NCBI GenBank assembly: GCA_034780895.1
Contig: JAUZTB010000087.1
Location: 66,401,230-66,433,479, forward strand
Reading direction: 5' to 3'
Length of the DNA stretch: 32,250 nucleotides
DNA from: Rhynchobatus australiae
Lineage: Eukaryota
Below are positions 22,951 to 32,250 of this stretch, piece by piece. Position numbers and translations under genes: made by a program. Position 1 is the first letter of the stretch, and the number at the start of each line of letters is the position of its first letter. The notes under the pieces are model-generated. The model ran no database searches. It saw only the letters and a program-made list of their open reading frames with translations, and had not been told where the DNA came from.

Positions 22951-24149
22951 GTAACTTGGCTGTCTTGAGTTTTGTGAAATTTGCAAATGAATGTCCAGTG
23001 GCCGTTTATCTCCCCCCCCCCAACAAACTCTTTTCTCAGTTCGACTGTTGCTTCCAGCTAGTTTCCTTATTAGGAATAGTGCTCCAAAGGGCCGCCCGAA
23101 GAGGCATCGGGTAATATCCCTAAATACAACGTTACTGAGGAGATGGTCGTATCTTCTTCCCTTTAAAGGAACGCGGTAATAATCAAGATGGGTTTATATT
23201 AAAAAATCGCGCTGCCTTCAACTAAAGCGTCCCGTGTGTTTAAGAGCAGCAACGCAATAATGAAGCAGGCGAGGCTGCTGTGGAAGGGTTTTGGGTGGGA
23301 AGATTGACAACAGGAAGAGAGTTTATTTAGTGCTTTAAAGAACTGATGCAAATTGAGGGACGTTGCTATTTTTCTTCCCTGATGCAGTAGAAACCTCCAA
23401 AGTTGAAATGTGGCAATGCAAAAAGTGCCTCGAGTTGTTATTCTGTTTAATGTTCCAGGGAAGTGGCAAGACCTCCAACGTCTCGACAAGTGCCTATTCT
23501 TTGTAAGGCTGGTGCTTTTCCATGAATAGTTCTACATCGAGTTAAACCGGCGATCATGAACACAACCCGTGCTTTCATCTACTGCTGTTATACTGGTTAT
23601 ATTTCCCAACAGTTGATCGTAGAGCAAAATTAGTTCCTCCAGCCCAAACAAACAAAAATATTCAATCATATCATGTATTTATGAACAATTTAGTTAAAAT
23701 ATAAACGTCTTTAAAATCAGTCATAAATTATGTAAGGGAAGCTCAGGGTTCCTTCACTGACGTAGATTGCATCGAGCTCTTGGTCATTTATGTGTTTATT
23801 TTTCGAATGATACAGATCATCACCACTTTGGTATTGGCACTTGATATTGGCAAAACGCAAAATAACAAAAACAAAATGTCCTGCATAATTTATGCTTTCC
23901 CTCCCAGAAATTATGAATTTTAAGATCTTTAGTTGTAAAAATTGATGGTACTCTTAAAACCTGATGGAACTTCACTCAATACACTGCAGCAATTAAAGAA
24001 TTATGAATAAATACTTGAAAAAATTGTTACCTCTTCCAGCTGTTTCAATTACAATTACAGCTGCGTGACATGATTCATTTCAGAAGACATTTTAAATGGT
24101 AGGATACATTATCTGTATTTCCAATTAGTTATGAATAGTAGCAAGGTGC

Positions 24150-24370
24150 CCTGAAGTGAACTTCTAGGTTGTACATCCACAAGGAAGGCAATGTGGAGCC
24201 TTGATTTAACATACCATTCAAAAGCTGGCACCCTTTGACAATACTGCAGTTACACAGTACAAACTGGTGTGATCTCAACTGGCACATGCTCAAGTCTCTG
24301 GTAAAATGTGAGCCCACATGTTTTGAGTTAGAAAGAGTGCTATCGTATTTTAGCCAAAGCAACAATTGGG
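24150..24370 (-). mobile_element. Deu-domain SINE (SacSINE1-like), 5' half
   Basis: Minus strand: tRNA-like head, then ccagagacttgagca..ctgcagtattgtcaaagggtgcc..gttaaatcaaggctcc..gtggatgta. Confidence 0.6.
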
Positions 24371-25489
24371 CCATTGCTTCAACAAATCATTGTTTTCCTG
24401 ATTTGCAGAGGGATTCTCCACCATCCAGTGCCTTCTACTGCACTTTCACAAAGATAAGATACAACTTATTTGTAGCGGTCTTCAATCAAAAAACAAATAC
24501 AATCAAGTCACTAGAAATAAATATTCTCTGATCATTCTGCAACATATAATACTACTTTATAATTGGCAATCTATATATTTGCTTTTCCTGTGTTTTTGAA
24601 TATCTGGTATTTGTGCTTTTTTAATTGTAAAAAGTACAAAATATTGATAGAACCATAATTTATTCTAGCCATGTTTGGCAATAAAATTCAGTTAGTTAGT
24701 AAATAAAGTGCTGATCTAGTATAGCAGAGTTACTCTTGTTATAAACAACTTGCAAATCCCTTCACACCACAGGGATTATATCAATGTGCTCTTTTTGTGA
24801 ATCCTTCTCCAAATTATCATCTGATTGTTTCAATGAGATTAATGTTTATTGCACCATAAACTGAAACACAAGATCTGTGCTTATTGCAAAGTTCTGGGTC
24901 TGAAAGCATTAGCCTCAAAGAACTATAATCATGCAATCCTTTCCCTCCAATTCCCATTGAGCTTCATTTTTATCGGGATGACTCGATTACGCAATTTGTC
25001 AGAAGTTGCCTTGATATCAAGAGCAGTCACTCTTTCCTCTGGTATCAGCTGTTTGATTAACATTTGTATGAAAACACAGGTAGTTTAAATGGCTACTGGA
25101 AATTACCACTAAAGCAGGCGAAGTAAGAAACAAATGGGAGTTAATGGGTGTGTGTGACGGAGAATAAGTTGCAGGGGGAAGGGTAAATAAAGAGAAATGT
25201 TCAAGTATCACCTGCATTATTCCAATGAAAAACTGAAAATGCTTGTTAATGTTTATACCTCAACAAAATCATAAAACAGATCTTGCGTATGGCTGCAACA
25301 GCATTTATAAATTGAGTTTGTGGTTTGCAAACCATTGTTTGGGCCTTCAGATGGTGTTTATTTGAAAGATATCTCCATCACATTTGTAAGAAAGGGCAGG
25401 ATGTTATGATATGGTCTGTTGTTTGTTCTAAGTTCCTTTCATAACCCTAGGGCATTTACAGAAATGACTTTTTTTAAAAATATAGTCAG

Positions 25490-25700
25490 ATTTCTTCCTA
25501 CAAGCCAAAGACATGGGTATGTTAATTGGCCACTGTAAATTACCCCCAATGTAAGCAATGTTAGAATCAAACGAAAGTTGATGGCATGTGTGACAGAGAA
25601 TAAGCTGCAGGGGGATTGGGAAATAAGGAAAGGAGGAATGTGGCTGATGGAGTTGCTCCCCTGGGAGAAGACATGGTCCAAATGGCTTCCTTCGATGTGG
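25490..25700 (+). mobile_element. V-SINE 3' fragment (related piece at ~25090-25200)
   Basis: ttcctacaagccaaagac..gttaattggccactgtaaattacccc..ggtccaaatggcttccttc; ttaattggccactgtaaatt closely matches (16/20) the minus strand of the SINE at ~30175-30195. Confidence 0.6.
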
Positions 25701-25739
25701 TTATAAGATTACCACATGCACAGGAAGGAGGGTTTGATT

Positions 25740-26090
25740 TGCTATTTATGCATTAAGTGGCCACGTTGCCAAAGTTCCATTCTAAACCTGTTTAGAATCA
25801 CCCATATCCTTTGAGGCTGGTGAAGCCCAGGGAACCTTCCCACTGAGTTTTGAATGAGTTCCTTGTCTTGAATGGTGTTTGCAGTCCAGGCTTTGTTCCA
25901 TTCATTCACGTGACGAGGCCAGGGTAGTGGGGCCAGGAGTTCCTTGAAACTATGTGCTGAATTGGGTGGTGAGAAAGGTCCAGTGGATTGGTGGGTGCAG
26001 ATTACTGACATTTCACACAAACTCTATATGCCACAGAATCCACTCAGACACAAGGAGGGGGTAAAAGGTCAGCATTTTCTAGTAGCCCAC
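25740..26090 (-). mobile_element. Vingi/Ingi-like LINE, C-terminal fragment
   Basis: PIH / DLSHHPIQHIVSRNSW, then EWNKAW..LIQNSVGRFPGLHQPQRIWVILNRFRMELWQRGHLMHK, matching the recalled motif PGFxLPRxxWVxLNRxRTGxGRCxxxMHKWG. Confidence 0.6.
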
Positions 26091-26149
26091 TCCATTCAGT
26101 GCAATACCAGGATGAAGTCCAAATGTCAAAAAGACAACCTGTGTCAATT

Positions 26150-26335
26150 GAGTGACTTTCAAAATGAAATCGATGATCTGGTCATTTATTTCATTGTCTT
26201 TTTTCAGTCCTTGTTGTCCACAAATTGGCTGTTTAGTTTCCTCCATTATAAATAACTCCACTTCAAAAAGAAATTTTCTTAAGTGCTTTGAGGTATTCTT
26301 GGGACATGAACAGTGCTACATAAATTATATTTTCC
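26150..26335 (+). mobile_element. Deu-domain SINE 3' half with L2-type tail
   Basis: atctggtcattt..cacaaattggctg..tttcctccattat..cacttcaaaa..aagtgctttgagg..gtgctacataaat. Confidence 0.55.
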
Positions 26336-26718
26336 TTGCTTTTGTGCTAATTAACTACGGGAAGCTTCTCAATATATACTCACAAGTAGATGTTGGAAAA
26401 AAAACTGGAAGCAGGAAATCTGACATAATTTATAATATAGTTTCTGTGTAACAATTCTTCAGAGATATACAGAATTTGAAAAACAATACACAGGCTCCCT
26501 GGATTATGAATGACCTGACTAACAGAAATCTGACTTTATATAAATTCTCCCATGCCATTTTTAAACAACTTTCAAATTAGTAATAGTGATAATANNNNNN
26601 NNNNNNNNNNNNNNNNNNNNNNNNNNNNNNNNNNNNNNNNNNNNNNNNNNNNNNNNNNNNNNNNNNNNNNNNNNNNNNNNNNNNNNNNNNNNNNTAAAAT
26701 GTTTCATGGTATTCATTA

Positions 26719-27162
26719 ATGCAGAGAGTAGTGGATTTAGCCCAAGACATACCCGCCATCAGTAGTAGCTACAGGATGCGCTGCCTCAAGAAGGCAACAT
26801 CCATCAACAAAGATCCTCACCGTCTGGGCCGTGTCATCTTCTCAAAGCTACCATCGGTCAGGAGGTACAGAAGCCTGAAGTCCCACACCACTAGGTTCAA
26901 GAATGGCTACTTCCCTTCAACCATTTGATTCTTGAGCAACACTATGACCACATTGTTCTAAAATGGACTTTGATTTTTTTTGTTTTAATTGTGTTCTTTC
27001 TTGCAAAATTGTTTAATTTATATTTATGTTTTTCTTGTGAATGCTGCTTATGTGATGCTATGCTATGCCTATAATGCTGCTGCAAGTAAGTTTTTCATTG
27101 CACATGTGCATACATGTACTTGTGCATATGACAATAAACCTGACTTTGACTTGACTTGACTG
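26719..27162 (+). mobile_element. Rex1/Babar LINE 3' end
   Basis: ORF QRVVDLAQDI-PAISSSYRMRCLKKATSINKDPH..FSKLPSVRRYRSLKSHTTRFKNGYFPSTI; 3' UTR ends AATAAA plus (TTGAC)n. Confidence 0.9.
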
Positions 27163-27493
27163 GATACGGTACATATTCCATTAGTTAAATTATGGGTAGC
27201 CTTAGGGTGATAATTCAATGAAATTAAAGAATTATAGCAAGTATATAGAGAGCAATACGATATCAGTAGCTATAGAAAACAGACTTTTCTGTCTTATGGA
27301 GAAATCGGCTTGCAGACATTTCTCAGGAACAGAATCCTTACACAACTCGGGGACTGCCTGTATATGCAATGCAAGTACTGGTTACTGGCACTAGATGGAG
27401 ATAAAGTGAAATGGAAGCTTTGGTTGAGCTGTTGTATAATAAGGGGTGATATTTAGTTGTGTGGTGTAAATAATAATGAAGCTAATAGTGCTG

Positions 27494-28046
27494 AAAAACA
27501 CTATGATGCTGGAGGAACAGCAGGCCAGGCAGCATCCATGGAGAAAAGCAAGGAGTCAATGTGGCCTTCTCTACATTGGTGAGACCAAACACAGTCTAGG
27601 TGACCGTTTCGCAGAACAACTGCGCTCTGTAACTGTGNNNNNNNNNNGCATCTCCCTGTCACCAGTCACTTCAGCCCTCCCACACTATCACAGATATGTC
27701 AGTCCTTGGCCTCCTCCACTGCCAGGAGAATTCCAAGTGCAAACTGGAGGCACAGCACCTCATTTTCCACCTTGGAACCTTGCAGCCTAACGGCATGAAC
27801 ATTGAATTCTCCCACTGTCAGTAATCCCCTCAACCTCCCCCCCCACCATGCTTCTTCTCTTCCCCTTTCCTAGCCTCTCTTTTTTCCCCTTTCTCTCCTT
27901 ACCTTTGCCCCCATTGGATCTGCTCTCCCCACCTCCCCCACACCTGCCTATCACCATCTCTTATTTGCATCTACCTATCGCCACCTTGTGCCCACCCCAC
28001 CTCCCCGCTTGTCCACCGATCACAGCTCTGCTTTTCCCTCCTATAT
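27494..28046 (+). mobile_element. Penelope-like retroelement 3' fragment (GIY-YIG endonuclease) with inverted pseudo-LTR piece at the 5' end; runs into a gap
   Basis: SQCGLLYIGETKHSLGDRFAEQLRSV..HLPVTSHF / DMSVLGLLHCQENSKCKLEAQHLIFHLGTLQPNGMNIEFSH, then a pyrimidine-rich tract; 27494-27550 matches the short PLE copies. Confidence 0.9.
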
Positions 28047-28693
28047 NNNNNNNNNNNNNNNNNNNNNNNNNNNNNNNNNNNNNNNNNNNNNNNNNNNNNN
28101 NNNNNNNNNNNNNNNNNNNNNNNNNNNNNNNNNNNNNNNNNNNNNNNNNNNNNNNNNNNNNNNNNNNNNNNNNNNNNNNNNNNNNNNNNNNNNNNNNNNN
28201 NNNNNNNNNNNNNNNNNNNNNNNNNNNNNNNNNNNNNNNNNNNNNNNNNNNNNNNNNNNNNNNNNNNNNNNNNNNNNNNNNNNNNNNNNNNNNNNNNNNN
28301 NNNNNNNNNNNNNNNNNNNNNNNNNNNNNNNNNNNNNNNNNNNNNNNNNNNNNNNNNNNNNNNNNNNNNNNNNNNNNNNNNNNNNNNNNNNNNNNNNNNN
28401 NNNNNNNNNNNNNNNNNNNNNNNNNNNNNNNNNNNNNNNNNNNNNNNNNNNNNNNNNNNNNNNNNNNNNNNNNNNNNNNNNNNNNNNNNNNNNNNNNNNN
28501 NNNNNNNNNNNNNNNNNNNNNNNNNNNNNNNNNNNNNNNNNNNNNNNNNNNNNNNNNNNNNNNNNNNNNNNNNNNNNNNNNNNNNNNNNNNNNNNNNNNN
28601 NNNNNNNNNNNNNNNNNNNNNNNNNNNNNNNNNNNNNNNNNNNNNNNNNNNNNNNNNNNNNNNNNNNNNNNNNNNNNNNNNNNNNNNNNNNNN

Positions 28694-28875
28694 GCAAGCC
28701 AATTCTGAATCCACACAGCCAAGCCTCCCTGGATCCCTTGGCCTCTGACCTTCTGAAGAAGCCTACCATGCGGAACCTTGTCAAACACCTTATTAAAATC
28801 CATGTAGACCACATCCACTGCACTACTGCAATATCAATCTTCCTGGTCACCTCCTCAAAGAATCCTATCAGGCTT
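28694..28875 (-). mobile_element. CR1 LINE RT fragment
   Basis: LIGFFEEVTRKID / DVVYMDFNKVFDKVPHGRLLQKVRGQGIQGGLAVWIQNWL. Confidence 0.95.
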
Positions 28876-29384
28876 GCAGCTCCAAGTACATTTAAAAAAA
28901 AGAGTGAAATTCTGAAAAAAAACATTTGCCTTAATTTTGGTGGAAAACCCCTTACACAAGTTCATGCGTATGAACCAAGTATATGAATTTACTAATAAAT
29001 TTTCCACAACCATTTAGTTACCATTGACAAAGCATTCAAGACAATCAAAAAACACTCACAAAGAATGCTTTTACTGAATTCATCAACAAACCCAGATACA
29101 GATTATGAATGTGTACAAATCCAGGATGCAAAAATGTTCTTTTTTAAAAAAAACATTTTTCAATCAGAAATGAAATTATCCACAACTAGATTCCCAATTT
29201 ATTACAGGACTATCAATCAACATACTGGACAACACTGTGCATCTCAAAAAATGGAAATTCAACCTGTCACAGTATTCTGTTTTTCCTTGAGGAGAGATGA
29301 TATCTTTTTAGCTCATCTTGATTAGGGCACACATCGCACTAGTTAGTCACAACATTGGTCACTGAAGCATCTACAGTATCATTG

Positions 29385-29978
29385 AAACATAGAAAATAAG
29401 ACAGGAGGCTATTCAGTCCTTCGTCCCTGCTCCAGCATTCACCACGATCAAGGCTCATCATTCACTTACTGTATGTACCCAGTTACTGCCTTCTCCCCAT
29501 ATCCCTTGATCCTTTTGACATTAAGAAACATATTTAAACAAGGGGTAGATATGTTTAATGACTTGGCCTCCACTGTCTTCTGTGGCAGAGAATTCCATAG
29601 GTTTCCCATCCTCCGGTGTAGGATTTTCATTAGATTTCAGTTTCAAATGGCATATCCTGAGTCTGTAGCCATTAGGAACGTGCTCCCTATATCTAGTCTG
29701 TCTAATCCTATTGGAATTTTGTAGGTTTCTATTCCCTCTCATTCTTCTAAATTCCAGTGAATACAAGGCTGATTACCTAACCTCTCCTCTTAAATTAATT
29801 CTGCTATCCCAGGAATCAGTCCAGTAAATCTTTGTTGCACTCCCTGCTTGGCAAAAAAATCCTTCCTCAGATAAGAATGCGAAAGCTCCACAGAAGACTA
29901 CAGACCTGATCTCACCAAGTCCCTCTACATCATTGCTCCTATGCTCAAATCTTCTTGCAGTGAAGGCCATTTGCTTTC
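29385..29978 (-). mobile_element. CR1 LINE 3' end
   Basis: MAFTARRFEHRS and MYSLEFRRMRGN segments; tail aaacatagaaaataagacaggaggctattcag. Confidence 0.9.
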
Positions 29979-30350
29979 ATAGAGTCACAGAGAGATATAG
30001 CACAGGAACAGGCCCTTCAGCCCAACAAGTCCGTGCCAACAATTAAGCATCCATTTTTATACCAGTCCAACCAATTCTCCCACATTCCTATCAATGCTAA
30101 CTCCTCCCCAACCTCTGCTGTCTAAGATCCTACAATTTATCTAGCCTAGGAGCAATAGGATCACATTAGGAGCAACCTACAGTGGTCAATTAACCCACCA
30201 ACCCGCACATTTTTGGTATGTGGGAGGAAACTAGAGCACATGGAAGAAACCCACGCATCATAGGGAGAATGACAGACAGCATCGGAGATCAGGATTGAAC
30301 CCATGTCACTGGAGCTATGAAGCAGCACCTCTTCTAGCTGCACCACTGTT
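29979..30350 (-). mobile_element. HE1-like V-SINE, full length
   Basis: Minus strand: gtggtgcagctag (A box), gggttcaatcc (B box, ~30292-30302), V-domain gggtttcttccatgtgctctagtttcctcccaca, CR1-derived tail gggctgaagggcctgtt..tgctatatctctctgtgactctatg. Confidence 0.85.
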
Positions 30351-30629
30351 CTGTTGTCTTAACTGCTTGCTGCACCTTAACACTTGCTCTCAACAATTAG
30401 TGTACAAGGTCATCCAGGTCTCATTGTGTCTTCCCTTTTCCCAATCTATCATCATTCTGACAACAGACTTCTTGACTTTAATAATCAAAGTGGATAGAGT
30501 CACACACATTTTTATTTATATANNNNNNNNNNNNNNNNNNNNNNNNNNNNNNNNNNNNNNNNNNNNNNNNNNNNNNNNNNNNNNNNNNNNNNNNNNNNNN
30601 NNNNNNNNNNNNNNNNNNNNNNTCATTAA

Positions 30630-30915
30630 ACTGCATCTGCTATACATTTACCCACTCAGCTCAATGTCTAAATCACATTGCAGTCTCTCTGCATCCTTCT
30701 CATAGCATACATTTCCCCTTCACTGACCCAGCTTTACATCATCTCCAGACTTAAGAGATTTTACATTTGGTTCCCTCGTCCAAATCATTGATACATATTG
30801 TGATTATCTAGAGCACAGGTACTGTTCCCTATGACATACTGATCCCCACTAATCCCTGCCTTCCACCTGAAGGAAGACCCATTTATTCCTATGCTCCGTT
30901 TCCAGTTGATTTCCA
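30630..30915 (-). mobile_element. CR1 LINE RT fragment, decayed
   Basis: Minus strand NWKRSIGINGSSFRWKAGISG corresponds to the CR1 motif RQRVGINGxFSxWxxVTSG. Confidence 0.65.
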
Positions 30916-31599
30916 GCTGTTGGAGTTTGATAATGACTAGGTAAGAAAAGTGCAAATTCATGGAGAGGAAGCCCACTGAAACTACTGCCCTATAAATGTG
31001 ATTAACTTTACAGCATGTAGAATGTGTTAAAAATGTTTTGCACTTTGTAGCAAATAATTAATAAGTGCTATAAAAGGGATTTTTATTCAATAGAAAATTC
31101 CCTAAAGTATTGAATAGCTTTACCCTCTACACAATAAGAAGTCACATTTTTTTGTTCAGATTTTTAATTTTTACTTTCATGCCTTTGAACCAGTTTGCGG
31201 TGAGTTTTACTTTCACATTAGTCTTCTACAAATAAATGATAACAGGCAGGCTACTGCTTTGTCACATGCTGTGTCATCAGCAGCTGCTGTGAGTGACATT
31301 TTGACTTAAAGCAGCTGGAAATGAAAAAGTCAGATCGGCCGTCCCCAACAGAGCTTAGAAATGGAAGAAGGAGGGATTTCCATACACAAGCTGCTGTTCC
31401 AGACAATGGCAACCAAAACAAAAACAAACTATACTGGAAAGTGATGTTTCTTCCCAAGCTACAATGAGAACTGAGAAGTACCCCAATTATTAATCTGACC
31501 TCAACCAGTTCTGTTTTATGGATGACACATCCATTATCTTAGTTACAAAACCTGCTTTGTTCTAGGTGTTTAATCTTTCAAATCAAGACTTATTACTTC

Positions 31600-32100
31600 C
31601 ATCCTACTCTTAAAAGATGCCTTTATATAATAGCCAAGAACAAAGCACTTCACAGAGGCATTGTCAGGCAAATTTTGGCACAGGACTGCAAAAGGAAATT
31701 GGTAGCTAGCCAAAATCTTAGTCAAACAACAACAACAACCACTACTTACTTTTCTATAGCATCTTAAATATAGTGAAATGCCCTGTGAAACTTCACAAGA
31801 ACATTTTGAAACAAAGTTAAATTTGCAGAGATTTTAGAATGTAATTTAATAAATGGCATGGGGAAGAAGCGTAATGAGGCCATTCTATACCTCAGGGCTC
31901 AGGCCGATAGCATCATGACTGGAAGAGGGATGAACGAAAAAGGCCAGAGTTGGAGGAATGGAGAGTTTTATAATGGTTTCAGGGTGAGAGGAGGGTATGG
32001 AGATAAACAGATTCAAGATTGTGAAGATATTTGACAGCTAAGGATGAAATTTTTAAATATGAGTTGTTACTGGATTGAGAAACTAATTAAAATATGTTAA
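31600..32100 (-). mobile_element. Two adjacent L2 3' ends
   Basis: (CAA)n tail at ~31726-31740 followed by antisense L2 3' UTR and ORF end; a second L2 3' end at ~31600-31725. Confidence 0.6.
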
Positions 32101-32250
32101 CAAAGATAGCTTTAATTCTGTTTCCTGTGAATCTGTTCCATGATTCTACTGTTCCATGGGAAAAAGATGTCACATTAATTTCTAGTCTTGCACAGGCCAA
32201 ATTGAATAGCCCACATATATCTGCATTATTTCCAGTTACCCGATTTCATG

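Larger units (their letters stand above)
22415..23250. promoter_or_regulatory. CpG island / probable (bidirectional) promoter
   Basis: The only GC- and CpG-rich non-repeat block in the window; GC box GGGGCGG (~22722), GGCGCGCG runs, CCAAT boxes at 22800-22804 and 22506-22510, ATTGG at 22486-22490 and 22436-22440. Confidence 0.85.

Noticed and set aside
22429-23179. Overlapping 62-124 aa ORFs on both strands of the CpG island
   Set aside because: Expected from stop-codon scarcity in GC-rich DNA; no recognisable domain.
21770-28986. Long ORFs (119-332 aa) spanning N runs at 21849-22137 and 28047-28693
   Set aside because: Artefacts of translating assembly gaps.
1-32250. CRISPR array, operon or prokaryotic defence system
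   Set aside because: No regularly spaced repeat-spacer array and no gene-dense region; the window is eukaryotic repeat-rich DNA.

Overview
Vertebrate genomic DNA, AT-rich and CpG-depleted, with several N gaps. The repeat content (HE1-type V-SINEs, Deu-domain SINEs, abundant CR1 and L2 LINEs, Rex1/Babar, Penelope-like elements) points to a cartilaginous fish, probably a ray or relative; this is inference. No intact protein-coding gene is recognisable. Much of the window is decayed transposons: several CR1 and L2 fragments, a near full-length but disrupted pogo/Tigger transposase (~3590-4990), a Penelope GIY-YIG fragment (~27494-28046) plus four 125-155 bp Penelope pseudo-LTR derivatives with 13-15 bp target-site duplications (three retain degenerate hammerhead-ribozyme sequence), a Vingi/Ingi-like LINE end, a Rex1/Babar end and several SINEs. 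The main host feature is a CpG island at ~22415-23250 that looks like a divergent promoter. It has a minus-strand first exon (GG|GTGAGT donor at 22704) followed by two small candidate exons (21295-21344, 20827-20868), and a possible plus-strand first exon ending ATG|GTAACT at 22950. I cannot name the gene(s). I found no convincing novel multi-gene system. The best leads are the hammerhead-bearing Penelope mini-elements, a splice-switchable upstream ORF and a near-perfect 31-bp hairpin at 14453-14521. Repeat family assignments come from recalled motifs, not from a database search.
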